A DNA stretch of 64,000 nucleotides from Mobula hypostoma (taxonomy: Eukaryota), in assembly GCF_963921235.1 (NCBI RefSeq), contig NC_086097.1, forward strand, positions 94,862,001 through 94,926,000, in the 5' to 3' direction. The notes beneath the pieces were generated by a model. It made no database searches, was not told the origin of the DNA, and was given only the letters and a program-made list of their open reading frames with translations. Positions 24,379 through 37,282 of this stretch are shown here, in pieces (position 1 is the stretch's first letter; each line of letters begins with the position of its first letter). A program made the position numbers and the translations under genes.

Positions 24379-26335
24379 CTCAGTTCCTCCTGCCCCATCC
24401 CAAAGAGCCGAGGAGCTGTCAGCAGAAATGAAACGTAGCCCTAATCTGAACAAGCATTTAAGATGGACCTTTTATTCCTTAATGTACCAGTTAGCCAGCT
24501 TTTGACCCACTACCCAGGTTAGAATTGACTTGCCAGCTATGTACCATATCCGCTGATGACCTACAATGCAACTGTTGAATTTTTCACTGTGATCAGCAGG
24601 GGTACTGCACAATTAATTTAGCTCTTTCTGTTTTGTGTGATCAGAAATTCAGATTTTGGAAATGTTTGGTTTCCTGACGTGTCAGCAGTTTTGGGATTTG
24701 CAGAGCATGTTCGTCCCAGTGTAATCTGGTAGGCTTGGACTGCCCGGTCGGATCGGCCCAGTTGAGTTGAGGCACTTTGTTGGAAGAGTTTGACGTCAAA
24801 CAGCTGCCTACCTGCCGGACTGTAGAAGTTTGTGTGTTGTGTTAAAGAGCCGCACGGTGTAATTTCCCGTCGCTCACTGAGAGAGACTGTTGAAGTAGCA
24901 GAACCTAGATGTGATACCCCTTTGCTGTAACTTTTCTGTGCCCTCCCCACTGGAGCTGCTGTACCTGTCTGTGACAGAAGCCTCTCTACCCCCTGCCAGA
25001 GTGCCTTTGCACAGCTAAGTGGGGATGTGCCGATAAACATCCTACCCTGATGCCTTTGTGACCAGAAAATGAACCGGGTATCAGGACACCTCTACTCACT
25101 CACCCACCCTTACAAACCTCCCATTAGTAGCAACCCTGCTTACCTCATCCCTCACCCTGTTTCACCCTTCCTTCAGAGCCCTCCAATGACAATCCACCAA
25201 TACCGAGACTGAATTTGACAAGCATGGTGCTGATTGCCTCCATTATGGCAGCTGGGATTGACAGTGGCTGGTGACTTTCTATTGCGATTCTGGTTGGCTT
25301 GTTTCCGAGCACCCATTGGAGGAAACAAAACAACTGTAGCAATTAGCCATTTCTTTGTGTTGGGGAAGGGGACAGGGATAACTTCCTTGCAGGGGTTTAA
25401 AAAAAATAGTTGGATGGTCAGTATTCCAGCTTCCAAATGGGTGGGGAGGGGAAGGTGAGAGATACAATATAACCAAGCTAGTCCTTAGCTTTTGGCTTGT
25501 GCCAAGTTAATTCATTTTATTTCCTTCTTTTTATCTCCTTTTAAAAAAAGTTCCGCAGAACATTCAGAAAGGATTTAAAATATCGCTTGTCACTGCATTC
25601 ACTTACACATACACACAAAAAAATGCTTATTTAACTTATCAAAAACATATTTATTGCAAAACATATGCATTTTTGTTTGTATTTATCACAATGACGAACG
25701 ATAGAAATATATTTTTCTTTTATGTTTAAATTATGATCATTAATCTTAAAATTGTGAGGTTTTTCCTTTTCTTATTTTCGTTTTGACAGTTTAATATATT
25801 ATACTACAATGACGAGGGTTTTTGTAACTTTACTGTTCAGTTATTTTATTTAATAAAAAAGTAATTTAAAAACACAAAAACATTTTGAATTTATTTATTT
25901 TTTAGTTTCCCCTCCCTGCCCCCTTCCTTTCTAAGATAAAATAGTGTTTTTCTCATGTATTTTTATGTCAGCCTTGTGCTTACTGCCTTTTTGCTCTTGT
26001 TGCCAACGATGGCCTTTATTTTAGGATTTTGGGTCAGCTTCCACAATGCAAGAGAGTTAAGAAAATGCAGATTCAGTACTGTGACACAAAAGTGCCTGTT
26101 GAATACATTCCAAGCATCGATGTGTGCTTTCCATGTAATTAATACTTGTATTGATAGGTCCTGCCCTCTTTTAGAGAAAAACAAGCAGGACTTGGCACAA
26201 AGAGAAATTGAATGTATTTTTTTTCTCAGTTGTTCACTACATTTGTTTATTTTTAATGTCTGTTTATACAGAATGCTTTTGTAATGACTGGTTCTGATGT
26301 AAACCAATAAACCCCAATGTTCTTTTTCCAAAATG
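24379..26335 (+). promoter_or_regulatory. 3' UTR of ZFP36L1-like gene with AU-rich elements and two candidate poly(A) signals
   Basis: TATTTAT at 25648-25654 and 25680-25686; TTATTTATT at 25891-25899; AATAAA at 25852-25857 and 26306-26311; U-rich and repeat-free. Confidence 0.7.
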
Positions 26336-29300
26336 TGGTAACTCTGCATTTGTTCCCCTGCCCGGAGCTGTTGCCTAGAGCTCTGCTAAAAATCCGTGAC
26401 AAGGTAGTGCTAGGGTGTGCTGGTGTTGAATGATGTGCTAATGATGTGAATTAATGCTTTCCTAACAGAAATTTAATGCAAACACAACGGTCACTGAACT
26501 TGCAGAACCTGATCTCAAACTTCGACTTGCTTTTCCAGCATGTGACAGCCAGATCTTAAAACAAGCTGATACTGCTCCACTAAAGCCTAATTAGAGGAAA
26601 TTGGAACCCGCTAGGGGCCAGGGAACAGAGGGAAGGTTGGTATTGCCTTCACAGCTCAAGTGACCTGGATTTGATCCTGACCGGGACTGCTGTTCACATG
26701 GAGTTCGCACATTCTCCCTGTGACTATGTGGGGCTTCCCCTGCTCTTCCAGTTTCCTCCCATCCCCCAATGATTAATGGGTGGGTAGGCCCATTGGCTAC
26801 TGCAACTAGGCCCTGCTATTGCAGGTGAGTGGCAGGATCTGGGGAGAGGTGATGGAACTGTGGGCAGAGTAAAATGGGGTTAATATAATTGGATGGTTGA
26901 AGGTCAGCAGGGACTTGATGGGTGGAAGGGCCACCTCCTATGCTCTGACTGACTGATGGAAGTTGCTGTACTTCCAGGGTGGACTGGGAAACTGTGTGCT
27001 GGGGATAAGTACATTGGTCCAGGCAGTAATGATACACCAGAGGCAGAAGATCGTAACCCAGCCTTGGGCAGTCTGGTTATAATGGAGGTGAGCGGTACCT
27101 CCATTATGGGAGAGATGAATGTGAATATTAGTGAACAACGAAACAAGGTCATCTTTAACACCATAAAAATCTATTGTGTGCTCCAGTGCTGGCTGTTCTG
27201 AGATATCAAACTTGCAACTGAGTTGAGTTAGCTTTGACATGTTGCACAAGTAGCTTTTCCCTGCCTTGGAAGGAAGGGGAACAAGTGCATGTTTCAAGGT
27301 GCTTGTCGTTTGGAATATTGAACTGAAAGGACCTCTTGCCCCAACAACCCCACCTGGATTGGTGCAAAATGCGAGCTTGAAGAGCCCTATGCTGTCTGTA
27401 TAGTAGAAGATAATACACAAATTGGAACTAAGTGTGGTATGGGGACATGAATAACAAGTTCCTAGGATATGGTTCTAAAGTGGTGCTGTCAATTGCGGTC
27501 AATGTGCAATTAGTGCATTTGTGATTCAACTACAGTTAATGCTTTATGGAAAAGGCTGATCCATATATATGGTATATTGTTTTAATATATGGACCAGATT
27601 CACTGTGTTCCCTTACAAGGGTGTTTTACACATGGACCAGATTGACTGTTCCCTTACAAGGCTAGCTACCTAACAGTGTCTGGTTCCTCACCAACACCTT
27701 TCTGCCATGGTGCTGTCAATCTATACTTGACCAGTGAGGGGAAAGAATGGAGCCAGTTTTAAAGGAATACTTTTGTGGCATCTCAAGTGGACCAGATCTG
27801 GATTGCTGTGGCTGCTTGGAAACCTACTGCCATCTCAGATCAGACCCTCAGCCGCTGGAAGTCTTGAAGCAACTGACCCTCATGTTTGGTGATTTTCCTT
27901 TTTTCTTTGCTTTCTGAAACAGGCAAAGAATTTTTTTCTTGATCTATTTAAAAGCGAAGCTCTCTGTTTAAGCAGCCAAGCAATAATGAATCCAACTCAA
28001 CCTGCCTGCAATGCCTCATGCGCATGTGATGGTGAACTCCATCTTTCAACTGAAAGGAGACTGGAGGATTTAGTTATCCTCCTACCCTTTGAAACTTGGA
28101 CCAGTTGAAAGTATGTCTTTGCAGGGTAGAGTGTGGACTAGTGCACTCGTTTCATTCCCTTTATCTTGTGTCGCAATCCAACTATTTTGACACTGTCCAC
28201 CATTGGTGTGCCTGAGAAGTCAATGAATATGGGCCTTGTGGTCCATGGGTGAGGGATTCCTCTCCCCCTTCTGCTGTGTTCTTCTCACCTTCTCAAATCT
28301 GACTGCCCCTGCCCCTCTCTAGTTCCCTGCCCTTTTCCTTGATCCAAGACTTATCACCTGCTTTTGTTTTCTCTGCCCTCCACGTTTCCCATTCTGTTCC
28401 CTAACTTGCTGCTCCTCCCTAAGCCCTCCAGGAGATCTGAAGGTGGGTGGGTTTGCGGAAAGAAAACTTCAAGCAGTATTGAGGAGGGAGTAGTGAGGTG
28501 GGGGGGCAATGTGAGTGCCAGCAGGTGTGTGGGTGCTTGCCCATCTGGAGTGCCATGACATACTTTCAGCTGAGAGCCTGGCAGCTCCGTTTGCCCTGGG
28601 CTCCCTTGCCACTGGTCTAAGACCATCCTCTGTCAGGACTGTGGCAGCTGGTCTGTACAACCACCCCATGTTCTTTTAAAAAAAAACCTTGTATGGCTAC
28701 CTTTCACTCTAGTGAGATGTCCAGTATCCTCAACCTATTTGAACACAGGGACTGATATTTTGACATTGGTATTGGTGAAATACATCAGACAGGAGGCAGC
28801 AGCTTGACAAGACATTGCAGCAAGCCAGAGATTTTGGATCATGGTGTGGGATAGACGTCTGAACAACCTCCCTCATGAAACAAATGAATAGGTCATGATC
28901 TTCTGGCTCATTTGAACACAGAAACAGCAGGTCACAATCATGAATACATTTGCTCAACGTGGGGAAACTCCAGATGAAGCCCAATGAAAATCTCTGCTTT
29001 GATTTTGGAAAAACCCTGGACCACAGCCCAGAAGGAGATAATCTGATTCCTCCTGGGCAACTTCAATATTGTGTTGGATAACATGCAATTTTCTGGAATA
29101 GGGGAGGGTAACTCAATTCGTAGTGTTTTGTCGTAGTTAATAAAAGTCAAGCGCAGGAGTTGAGGGTAGTGGTTCATGTTATCTGAGTGAGAGACTAAGA
29201 CTGCGCTCGTCACTCATGCCAGGCATTTTTGACTGCCTCTTAGCCAGCTCTGCTACCTCCAACAGCCCAGCCCCAGAACAGGGATAGCAGCAGGAATTCT

Positions 29301-29430
29301 ACTCAAGGGTCATAAAATCCAGTGAGTCTCTTCTAAAAATGAAGGTCTTCCATACATTTTGACAGCCCCAACCAAATGGAGAGACAACCCATAGTGTTAG
29401 CAGAGAAATTCCTGTCTTCTCTACCACAAA

Positions 29431-29728
29431 GTGTGGGCACGTGACCAAGCAGTTAAGGCATTGGACTAGCTACCTGGAGGTCGTGAGTTCGAGCCCCAGC
29501 TGAGGCAATGTTTTGTGTCCTTGAGAAGGCACTTAATCACATATTGCTCTGCAATGACACTGGTGCCAAGCTGTATGGGTCCTACTGCCCTTCCCTTGGA
29601 CAACATTGGCGTCGTGGAGAGGGGAGACTTGCAGCATAGGCAACTGCTGGTCTTCCATACAACCTTGCCCAGGAAGAAGACTTTCCAGGTGCAGATCCAT
29701 GGTCTCACAAGACTAACGGATGCCTTTA
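29431..29728 (+). mobile_element. tRNA-headed SINE
   Basis: A-box-like start and B-box GAGTTCGAGCC at 29485-29495; 10-bp TSD CTACCACAAA at 29421-29430 and 29729-29738. Confidence 0.8.
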
Positions 29729-30268
29729 CTACCACAAAACACTGGAGAAGAGAGGCTTTGATGTTAATGATTGTGACATTTAACCACAAATACAAGATGT
29801 CTGTGGATTGGAAACTCCTTTGTACTTAAAGGAAAAAGGAAACAGCTCTCCAGGCATCCAAAGCACATGGTCCAATAGAAAACCCATCACAGCAGGAGGT
29901 CCAGTAACTTGCTGGTAACCACAACATGAGCTTACCTCAGAGCTGGTAAGACCACCAGTTATAGCTCAAACATCCAAGAGCTTGTCCTGTTGAGAACAGA
30001 GAATGGAGGGAAGCAAAGATGGTAAGAACTCCAGTGAGATTTGTCTCAATCCCACAGGGCAGTTTCCTCTCAGCCACAGAGCAACAAAAGCACACAAAAC
30101 AGCCCTTTGGCCCAACTCATTCATGCTAACCAAGTTGCCTACTTGAGCTAGTCCAATTTGTGTTTGGTCTGTATCCGTCTAAATCTTTCCTGTCCGAGTG
30201 CCTTTTTAAGTGTGTAATTGTACCTGTCTCTACTATTTTTTCCAGCTGTTCATTTCATATACCTACCA

Positions 30269-30480
30269 GGCAGCATGGTAGAGTAGTGGTTAGGACAATG
30301 CTTTATAGTCCTAGGGACCCGGGTTCAATTCCCGCCACTGCCTGTAAGGAGTTTGTATGTGATCTCTGTGACCATATGGTCTCCTTCGAGTGCTCCAGTT
30401 TCCTCCTACAGTACAAACACACAGGTTAATTGGTCATTATAAATTGTCCTGTGATTAGGCTGGGATTAAATCGTGGAAAT
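30269..30480 (+). mobile_element. V-SINE/HE1-like tRNA-derived SINE (other copies about 26615-26945 +, 40400-40625 +, 42850-43150 -)
   Basis: GGCAGCATGGTAG...GGGTTCAATTCC head and GGAGTTTGTATGT...TCCAGTTTCCTCC V-domain-like core. Confidence 0.7.
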
Positions 30481-32032
30481 GCTCCTTTATTCCTGGGAGA
30501 AAAAGTCCCAGCCTCTCCAGCCTCTCCTTGCAACTTGAACCCTACAGTCCCAGTAATCGCCTCAAACCTTCTTTGTATCCTTTCCAATTTAATGACATTC
30601 TTCCTCTAACAGGATGACAAGAACTGAACTCCAAATGTAACTTTACTAGTGTGCAGCTCACATGTCCTGTAAAGATGGTACATCAGCCTTACTGAGGAGA
30701 AGTCAGAAAGACCAGAAGTCACCTGAAAACTAGCGAACTGTGTACCTGCCCATGCTGTCAGTTTTAGTGGGATGGAACTTTCACAGCCTCAAAAGGAAAG
30801 AGAAGGTTATGCCTTGGAGACACTGTAATCATAACTTTTCTTCAAGACTCTATACCGCTGATGATACCAATTCAGGAAATCGAGATTCTTAAAGTGCAAT
30901 CTGATTCCACTTGGTTGTGTCACACCAGAAATGAAACTAATTACCAAGGTCTGTGCAGATCTGCTTCCTGTCCAATTTGATCTCAAACTATATAGTACCT
31001 CTGAAAACTGGTATTTCTCGACTCCGGAACATGCCATTACACATCCATAACACCATTTGGGATACACCCTTTAATTTACAAAGCTATTTCCTTACGCAAT
31101 AAATAACATGCCACTTCCGGCCTCGAGGAATGCATTATACTAAACTACCCATACTGAATGCCATCTATCTTTTTAAAACTATAAACATTTGCTGAAAACA
31201 TTTTCCGGAAGGACAGCCTCAAGTCAGGTGGAGTTTATCGTCATCTGCACAATTACATGTGTGTACAGGTGTAGTGAAAAACTTGCAGCTCCATCATGGG
31301 CATATCTCATTAAATACACAACGTTCAAAACAAAAACATTAATTAAACAAATTATTTATAAATTATACAGAAGTTGTATGAACGAACACAATCGGTAAAA
31401 AACAAGTAAACCGAGTCCATTGTGATGCAAAGTTATCATAGTGTTACTACACAGAGGTAGTGATTAGAGTTGTGCAGTTCTGTGCAAGAACCAAATGGCA
31501 TTGAGATATGGCAGAAGGGTTCCTATTGTTCTATGATCCTTGCTGACTGCAAATCCTCATTGTTCAGCATTTCAGCAGCGAGTCTGTATGGAGCAAAGCA
31601 GCAAACTGCTGGAGAGACACAGTGGGTTAAAGAGCATCTGTGAAGACTCGATAAGGAACGGTTGATAATATGGGTCAAGACTCTTCATCGGAGAGTGCAG
31701 AGAGGAGATAGCCTGTACAAAGAGCTGAGAGGGAAGGGTGAGGCAGGGCAAGTAGAACCATGTGAGAAAGGAGATGATGGGCAGATAGGTGGGGTGGAGG
31801 AGGAAAGGGGGAGTTGGGAGATGGGGGTCAGTGGGTGATAGAAACTCAATAGAGTGTTAAGGGGGCAGATTGAGCCAGGGGAGGGGGGATGGAGGTAGGG
31901 AGAGGTGGACGGTGGCAAATGGAGACGCAAGAGGCTGCAAGATTGTAGAATTTTGATGAGTAAGGAAGGTGATAAGTGGAACTGGGTAAGAGAATTGATG
32001 AGCAGATGGAACAGTTGGGGACTCTGTGAACC

Positions 32033-32515
32033 ATGGGTGAACGGAGATCCTCAAGATCAGTTCAAGCTTGTACTTGTCGGAGATGGCGGTACTGGTAATA
32101 CAACTTTTGTGAAGCGTCATTTGATTCGTGAAATTGCAAAGAATTATCACAAAGAAGAGAAAATCTGCAGACACTGGAAATCCAAAGCTACAAACACACA
32201 CACAAAATGCTAGAAGAACTCAGCAGACTGGGCAGCGTCCATGGAAGAGTAAACAGTTGAAACTTCGGTCCGAGACCCTTCATCAGGACCGGGAAAAAGA
32301 TGAGCAGTTGGAGGGAGGGGAGCCCTTTCTCGGTCTGACTTCTCAACCTTTTCCCCAGTCCTGACAACTCAAAGCGTCAACTGTTTACTCTTTTCCATAG
32401 GTGCTGCCTGGCCTGTTGAGTTCCTCCACCATTTGGCGTTCATTGCTTTGAAAATAAGTTTGTAGCAACTTTGGGCTTTGAAGTTAACCCATTAATGTCC
32501 CATACTAGTATAGGT
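32033..32515 (+). pseudogene. RAN: Ran GTPase processed pseudogene fragment (N-terminal ~57 codons) interrupted by an insertion
   Basis: 32040-32147 reads [36 protein letters not shown] and 32447-32515 reads FENKFVATLGFEVNPLMSHTSIG, versus Ran [54 protein letters not shown]-loop K is replaced by N, the ATG is out of frame and the copy is truncated. Confidence 0.88.
32148..32447. mobile_element. Older Penelope-like fold-back insertion inside the Ran pseudogene
   Basis: Degenerate inverted arms of the same family; decayed ~14-bp TSD TTGCAAAGAATTAT / TTGAAAATAAGTTT. Confidence 0.75.
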
Positions 32516-34262
32516 GAAAGACAGATGGAATCTCCCTTTGCTTAAGCTTCCACTTCTCAAACACTTATGTCACCTCTTTCTTCTTCCACTGCGATATATT
32601 CTGCACCCACAGAAGCTAAATATTGCTTGACCATTATTTGGTTGACTCATTTTTAATATTACAGAACCTCCTCCTCTGATTGGATGCCCTTCCTCTTTTT
32701 GGGATCTTTTGCATCTATTCCCAAAATGCGAACAGCTTCAGAAGCTGTGCTGGTACAGGGTGGAGAATACCCTGCTGCACTACTGTTCCCTTGGGGCTCT
32801 GATGTTCCTATCATTCATTCTATGGGGTTTCGTGTTTCGTGGATGTCTGTGAAGAGTACGAATTTCAGGTTGTACTCTGTATACATTCTCTGATATTAAA
32901 ATGAACCTTTGAGAGTCCGATAAAAAGGACGGTGACAATCAGCCACACAGAGGGCAAGGACTTGCACCTTTGTCCACTCAAACCTTGAGAGAGTTACTCA
33001 GGTGATGGGTGAGGGTCCTGATACAAGGAGAGAAGAATCAAGCCCATGATATTGATAACCGAAAAAATGGCGCGAAGCAGGGTTTCAAAGGAGAAGACGC
33101 TAAAACCAAAACAGAAACATTTGGAAACACAGCAGGTCAGACAGCATCTGAGGGCAGAGAAACAGGGTTATAGTTTTAGGTCTGAGACCCTTTGTCAGAA
33201 GTTGTCAAGCTGCAAGGTTAGGACGGGATGCTGCCGGGATAGGAGACCGTGTACTATAGAGAGAGATTGGACAAAGTAGGGTTTATTTTCTCTGGTGCGG
33301 TAGAGGCTAAGGGGTTACCTGATAGAAGTTTGTAAAATCATGTGATGCACAGGCAGAGCAGAGGGCTGCTATCTCCTTCCCAGGGTTGAAATATATAATA
33401 ATAAAGAACATGTATTTAAGGTGAAGGGGGAAAGTTCAAGTTTTTTTAAGAGTCGTATATGCTGTCAGGGGTGATTTTGGGGCAAATATGATAGAGACGT
33501 TTAAGAGTGTGTGAGTTGGAGGGATATGGACATTGTATAGGCAGAAGGAATTAGTTTAGTTAGGCAATTAATTACTAATTTAATTCATTTGACACATCCA
33601 GTACTGTACCGTTCTACGTTCTAGGATAGACTCCTTGGTGGGATTTCAGAGCTGGAGACCGAGGCAGCTGAAAGCACAGTGAAAGTCTGACTTACACAAG
33701 ACCTGAACTGGAGTAAGGTAAAGGTTTCAGAGGGGCTACAGAATGGGAGGGCATTACAGAGAATTAAAGACAAGGATGAAAATGTTACAAAACACTGAGG
33801 GTTCTTGGCAGGGAGGATATGAAAACAATGTTTCCTCTTTGAAAGAATTTAGAACAATGCTTCACTGTTTAGAAATAAGAGGCAGCCCATTAATGAGAGA
33901 TGAAGATCATAAGGTCATGAATCTTTGGAACTGTTTCTCAAAGAGCAATGGAAGCAGAGTTTGTGACTGAGGGGCCAGTGATTAGCTCCTCCTAATTCCT
34001 ATGTTTGTATAACCAAGCATTTTCTGTAATGGGATCCACCGCTGTCCGGTGAACACGAGCGATCGGTTCTGGTTGATGACCAGTGACAAGTGGTGTCCCA
34101 CGGGGATCAGTGTTGGGGCAGCTTCTTTTCACATTATTTGTCAATGATCTGCATGGTAGAATCAATGGCTTTGTGGCCAAGTTTGCATAGAATACGAAGA
34201 TACTGTGGGTGGAAGGATAGGTAGTGTTGAGGAAGCAAGAAGTCTGCAGAAGGACTTGGAGG

Positions 34263-35690
34263 GAGAGAGAAACCGGGGAATTATAGGCCGGTTAGCCTAA
34301 CGTCGGTGGTGGGGAAACTGCTGGAGTCAGTTATCAAGGATGTGATAACAGCACATTTGGAAAGCGGTGAAATGATCGGACAAAGTCAGCATGGATTTGT
34401 GAAAGGAAAATCATGTCTGATGAATCTCATAGAATTTTTTGAGGATGTAACTAGTAGAGTGGATAGGGGAGAACCAGTGGATGTGGTATATTTGGATTTT
34501 CAAAAGGTTTTTGACAAGGTCCCACACAGGAGATTAGTGTGCAAACTTAAAGCACACGGTATTGGGGGTAAGGTATTGGTGTGGGTGGAGAATTGGTTGG
34601 CAGACAGGAAGCAAAGAGTGGGAATAAACGGGACCTTTTCAGAATGGCAGGCGGTGACTAGTGGGGTACCGCAAGGCTCAGTGCTGGGACCCCAGTTGTT
34701 TACAATATATATTAATGACTTGGATGAGGGAATTAAATGCAGCATCTCCAAGTTTGCGGATGACACGAAGCTGGGTGGCAGTGTTAGCTGTGAGGAGGAT
34801 GCTAAGAGGATGCAGGGTGACTTGGATAGGTTGGGTGAGTGGGCAAATTCATGGCAGATGCAATTTAATGTGGATAAATGTGAAGTTATCCACTTTGGTG
34901 GCAAAAATAGGAAAACAGATTATTATCTGAATGGTGGCCGATTAGGAAAAGGGGAGGTGCAACAAGACCTGGGTGTCATTATACACCAGTCATTGAAAGT
35001 GGGCATGCAGGTACAGCAGGCGGTGTAAAAGGCGAATGGTATGCTGGCATTTATAGCGAGAGGATTCGAGTACAGGAGCAGGGAGGTACTACTGCAGTTG
35101 TACAAGGCCTTGGTGAGACCACACCTGGAGTATTGTGTGCAGTTTTGGTCCCCTAATCTGAGGAAAGACATCCTTGCCATAGAGGGAGTACAAAGATGGT
35201 TCACCAGATTGATTCCTGGGATGGCAGGACTTTCATATGAAGAAAGACTGGATGAACTGGGCTTGTACTCGTTGGAATTTAGAAGATTGAGGGGGGATCT
35301 GATTGAAACATATAAGATCCTAAAGGGATTGGACAGGCTAGATGCAGGAAGATTGTTCCCGATGTTGGGGAAGTCCAAAACGAGGGGCCACAGTTTGAGG
35401 ATAGAGGGGAAGCCTTTTAGGACCGAGATTAGGAAAAACTTCTCCACACAGAGAGTGGTGAATCTGTGGAATTCTCTGCCACAGGAAACAGTTGAGGCCA
35501 GTTCATTGGCTATATTTAAGAGGGAGTTAGATATGGCCCTTGTGGCTACGGGGGTCAGGGGGTATGGAGGGAAGGCTGGGGCGGGGTTCTGAGTTGGATG
35601 ATCAGTCATGATCATAATAAATGGCGGTGCAGGCTCGAAGGGCCGAATGGCCTACTCTTGCACCTATTTTCTATGTTTCTATGTTTCTAT
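34263..35690 (+). mobile_element. Young 5'-truncated CR1-clade LINE (RT plus C-terminus plus 3' UTR), inserted in an older CR1 (about 34070-37480)
   Basis: QHGFVKGKSC, YLDFQKVFDKVPH, GVPQGSVLGP, FADDTKLGG, VRPHLEYCVQFWSP; a single stop at 35026-35028; (TTTCTATG)n tail. Confidence 0.95.
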
Positions 35691-36300
35691 TAGGAGAATG
35701 GACAAAGAGAAGGTAGATGGAATATGGTATATGGAAGTGTATGGTCGTGCATTTTGATAGAAGGAATAAAGATGCAGACTATTTTCCAAATAAGAGGTGC
35801 AAAGGGAGTCCTCATGCAGGATTACCAAAAGGTTGACATGCAGGTTGAGGTGGTGGTGAGGAAGGCAAATACAATGTTCACATTCATTTCAAGAGAACTA
35901 GAATGCAAAGACAAGGATGTGATGCTGAGGCTTTGTGAGGTGCTGGTGAGGCCTCACGGAGTGTTGTGAGCACTTTCGGGCTCCTGATCTAAGAAAAGAT
36001 GTGCTGGCATTGGAGACGGTCTTGAGGAGGTTCATGAGAATGATTCTGGGAATGAAAGGGTTAATGTATGAGGAGCATTTGATGGCTTTGGACCTGTACT
36101 GGCTGGAGTTTAGCAAAATGAGGGGAGATCTCGCTGACATCTATCAAATATTGAAAGGCCTAGTTAGAGTGGATGTGGAGAGGACGTTTCCTGTAGTGGG
36201 GTGTCTCGGACCCGAGGGCACAGCCTCAAAATAGAATGATGTCCATTTAGAAAACAGATGAGAAGGATTATTTTTAACCAAAGGATAGTGAATCTGTGGA

Positions 36301-37282
36301 CAACATGAGGAATTCTGCAGATGCTGGAAATTCAAGCAACACATATCAAAGTTGCTGGTGAACACAGCAGGCCAAGCAGCATCTGTAGGAAGAGGTACAG
36401 TCGACGTTTTGGACCGAGACCCTTCGTCAGGACTAACTAAAGGAAGAGTGAGTAAGGGATTTGAAAGCTGGAGGGGGACGGGGAGATGGAAAATGATATG
36501 AGAAGACAGGAGGGGGAGGGATAGAGCCGAGAGCTGGACAGGTGATTGGCAAAAGGGATATGAAAGGATCATGGGACAGGAGGTCTCGGGAGAAAGAAAA
36601 GGGGGAGGGGGGGAAAGCCCAGAGGATGGGCAAGGGGCATAGTCAGAGGGGCAGAGGGAGAAAAAGGAGAGAGAGAGAAAGAATGTGTGTATATAAATAA
36701 ATAACGGATGGGGTAAGAGGGGGAGGTGGGTCATTAGCGGAAGTTTGAGAAGTCAATGTTCATGCCATCAGGTTGGAGGCTACCCAGACGGAAGGTAAGT
36801 TATTGTTCCTCCAACCTGAGTGTGGCTTCATCTTTACAGTAGAGGAGGCCGTGGATAGACATAACAGAATTCCCATTCCATCTGGGTAGCCTCCAACCTG
36901 ATGGCATGAACATTGACTTCTCAAACTTCCGCTAATGCCCCACTTCCCCCTCGTACCCCATCCGTTATTTATTTATATACACACATTCTTTTTCTCTCTC
37001 TCCTTTTTCTCCCTCTGTCCCTCTGACTATACCCCTTGCCCATCCTCTGGGCTTTTCCCCCCCTCCCCCTTTTCTTTCTCCCGAGACCTCCTGTCCCATG
37101 ATCCTCTCATATCCCTTTTGCCAATCACCTGTCCAGCTCTTGGCTCCATCCCTCCCCCTCCTGTCTTCTCCTATCATTTTGGGTCTCCCCCTCCCCCTCC
37201 CACTTTCAAATCTCTTACTAGCTCTTCCTTCAGTTAGTCCTGACGAAGGGTCCCGGTCCGAAACGTCGACTGTACCTCTTCC
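36301..37282. mobile_element. Penelope-like element 3' end in inverted-repeat arrangement, inserted in an old CR1
   Basis: ~400-bp inverted arms; includes the GIY-YIG C-terminal peptide (HGLLYCKDEATLRLEEQ...LGSLQPDGMNIDFSNFR-stop); 15-bp TSD TAGTGAATCTGTGGA at 36286-36300 and 37283-37297. Confidence 0.88.
37235..37272 (+). ncRNA. Minimal type-I hammerhead ribozyme motif in Penelope-like terminal repeat
   Basis: UAGUC-CUGACGA-A-GGG(UCCCGG)UCC-GAAA-CG-UC/GACUG; 5-bp stem I UAGUC:GACUG; predicted cleavage after C37267. Confidence 0.72.

Noticed and set aside
23344..24453. Antisense and alternate-frame ORFs over ZFP36L1 exon 2
   Set aside because: Expected shadow of GC3-rich coding sequence; no recognisable domain.
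29431..29505. Possible tRNA gene
   Set aside because: Imperfect cloverleaf, continuous with a SINE body and flanked by a TSD; it is a SINE head.
31905..32213. Functional small GTPase CDS
   Set aside because: P-loop lysine lost, insertion, truncation and unrelated upstream repeat sequence; pseudogene only.
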